A stretch of DNA of 64,000 nucleotides, from the NCBI RefSeq assembly GCF_033153115.1, contig NW_026889796.1:6820001-6884000 (forward strand). Reading direction: 5' to 3'. Under the pieces are notes generated by a model that saw only the letters and a program-made list of their open reading frames with translations, searched no databases and was not told the origin of the DNA. This DNA is from Saccostrea echinata. Lineage: Eukaryota. The stretch's first letter is position 1. Each line of letters starts with the position of its first letter. Positions 63,002-64,000 of this stretch are shown here, one piece after another. A program made the position numbers and the translations under genes.

Positions 63002-64000
63002 CTAAAACAACAAGAATTGAAAAGAATTAACATATTGGAGGAAATCCTGTCAAAGTAACATATATGTCATAAGATTTTTTTTTCTTCAAAAATCAACAGT
63101 AAAATTTATCTTAGATGTTGATGTACATACTTCATAATGCAATTACACTCTTCTATTTGTACAGATGGATTGCCACAAATTGCAAAAAATATGCTTAATT
63201 TTTAACAATACCATTATTATTTTACAACACTGCCATTACCTATTTGCCAAAGACTGTGTTTGTGCCTCTTTAAGCTGTGCAACTTTCATGGTCTCTGAAA
63301 GTCAACATTAGTTACATTACAGAAAAAAGTATCATTGTAAATCAACTTTTATTGTCTATTACCGCGGTAATATGTTCAAATTTTCATACTTTTCTTTTTT
63401 ACTCACAAATATTCATGCCATTAGTTTCTTATCACACACAATTTTTATTTAATTTTGTATGTATGAGGGATGTTTCCTCAAGTACAAAAATTAAAAGTTG
63501 TTGATGGATTTAAACTGAAAAATTTCAAAAGTTGTCACATATAATATTTGGTATATAGTAATTATAGATATTTTTATATTCATCTAAGATTAGAGCAGAG
63601 CCATTCTTTTTCTAGACATCTTTCAAAAAGAACCTAAAACTAGAAATCTGACCAGTCAGCAAGGGCCCCGCCGAGGGGAAGAAATATAAGGGTGCAGATT
63701 AGGGGATGAGAATTTTACTTGATTACAAAATTTAAAAATATATACAGATCGAAGAATAAGCAACAGCAACTGCTAAATATCCAACAACCTGTAAATAGTG
63801 TCCTTGTCCATAAGGCAGTAAAAAAACATCATATTTATAATAACTCAATTAAATATATATTTAAAGAAGAATGAAGCATGTGTTTTCTAAGATGCCAGCC
63901 TTCAGTGAAAGCAAATATCACCCAGGCTTGACCTTAACTTCAAAACAAATATCAGTTGCAGACAAAGGTGTTAATTAATCTTAAAGTGACAGAAACCTAA

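Noticed and set aside
1-64000. CRISPR arrays, operons or other prokaryotic systems
   Set aside because: The sequence is intron-containing eukaryotic DNA; no repeat-spacer array was seen.

Overview
AT-rich eukaryotic genomic DNA with spliceosomal introns, probably from a bivalve (oyster-like) judging by its repeat types; the organism is an inference. The main content is a tandem cluster of five minus-strand type II membrane TNF-superfamily ligand genes (about 5.6-45.6 kb), each reconstructed by hand into a phase-consistent ORF. One of them is ectodysplasin-like (collagen + furin site). Next come a BTB-BACK-Kelch gene (-) head-to-head with EFHC2 (+), and the 3' part of a coiled-coil gene (-) running off the window. 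Interspersed repeats include a deleted pogo-like transposon, three Penelope-like retroelement 3' fragments, a V-domain tRNA-SINE with target-site duplication, MITEs and long palindromes. The most striking observation is in the third TNF gene. Its long introns carry at least five short, divergent candidate exons, all phase 0 to phase 1 and all ending in G, each able to encode beta-strand A and the following loop of the TNF domain. This looks like a mutually exclusive, Dscam-style exon array that would diversify a receptor-contacting loop. The fourth TNF gene carries a duplicate of the same exon. All exon models come from sequence alone and need transcript confirmation.
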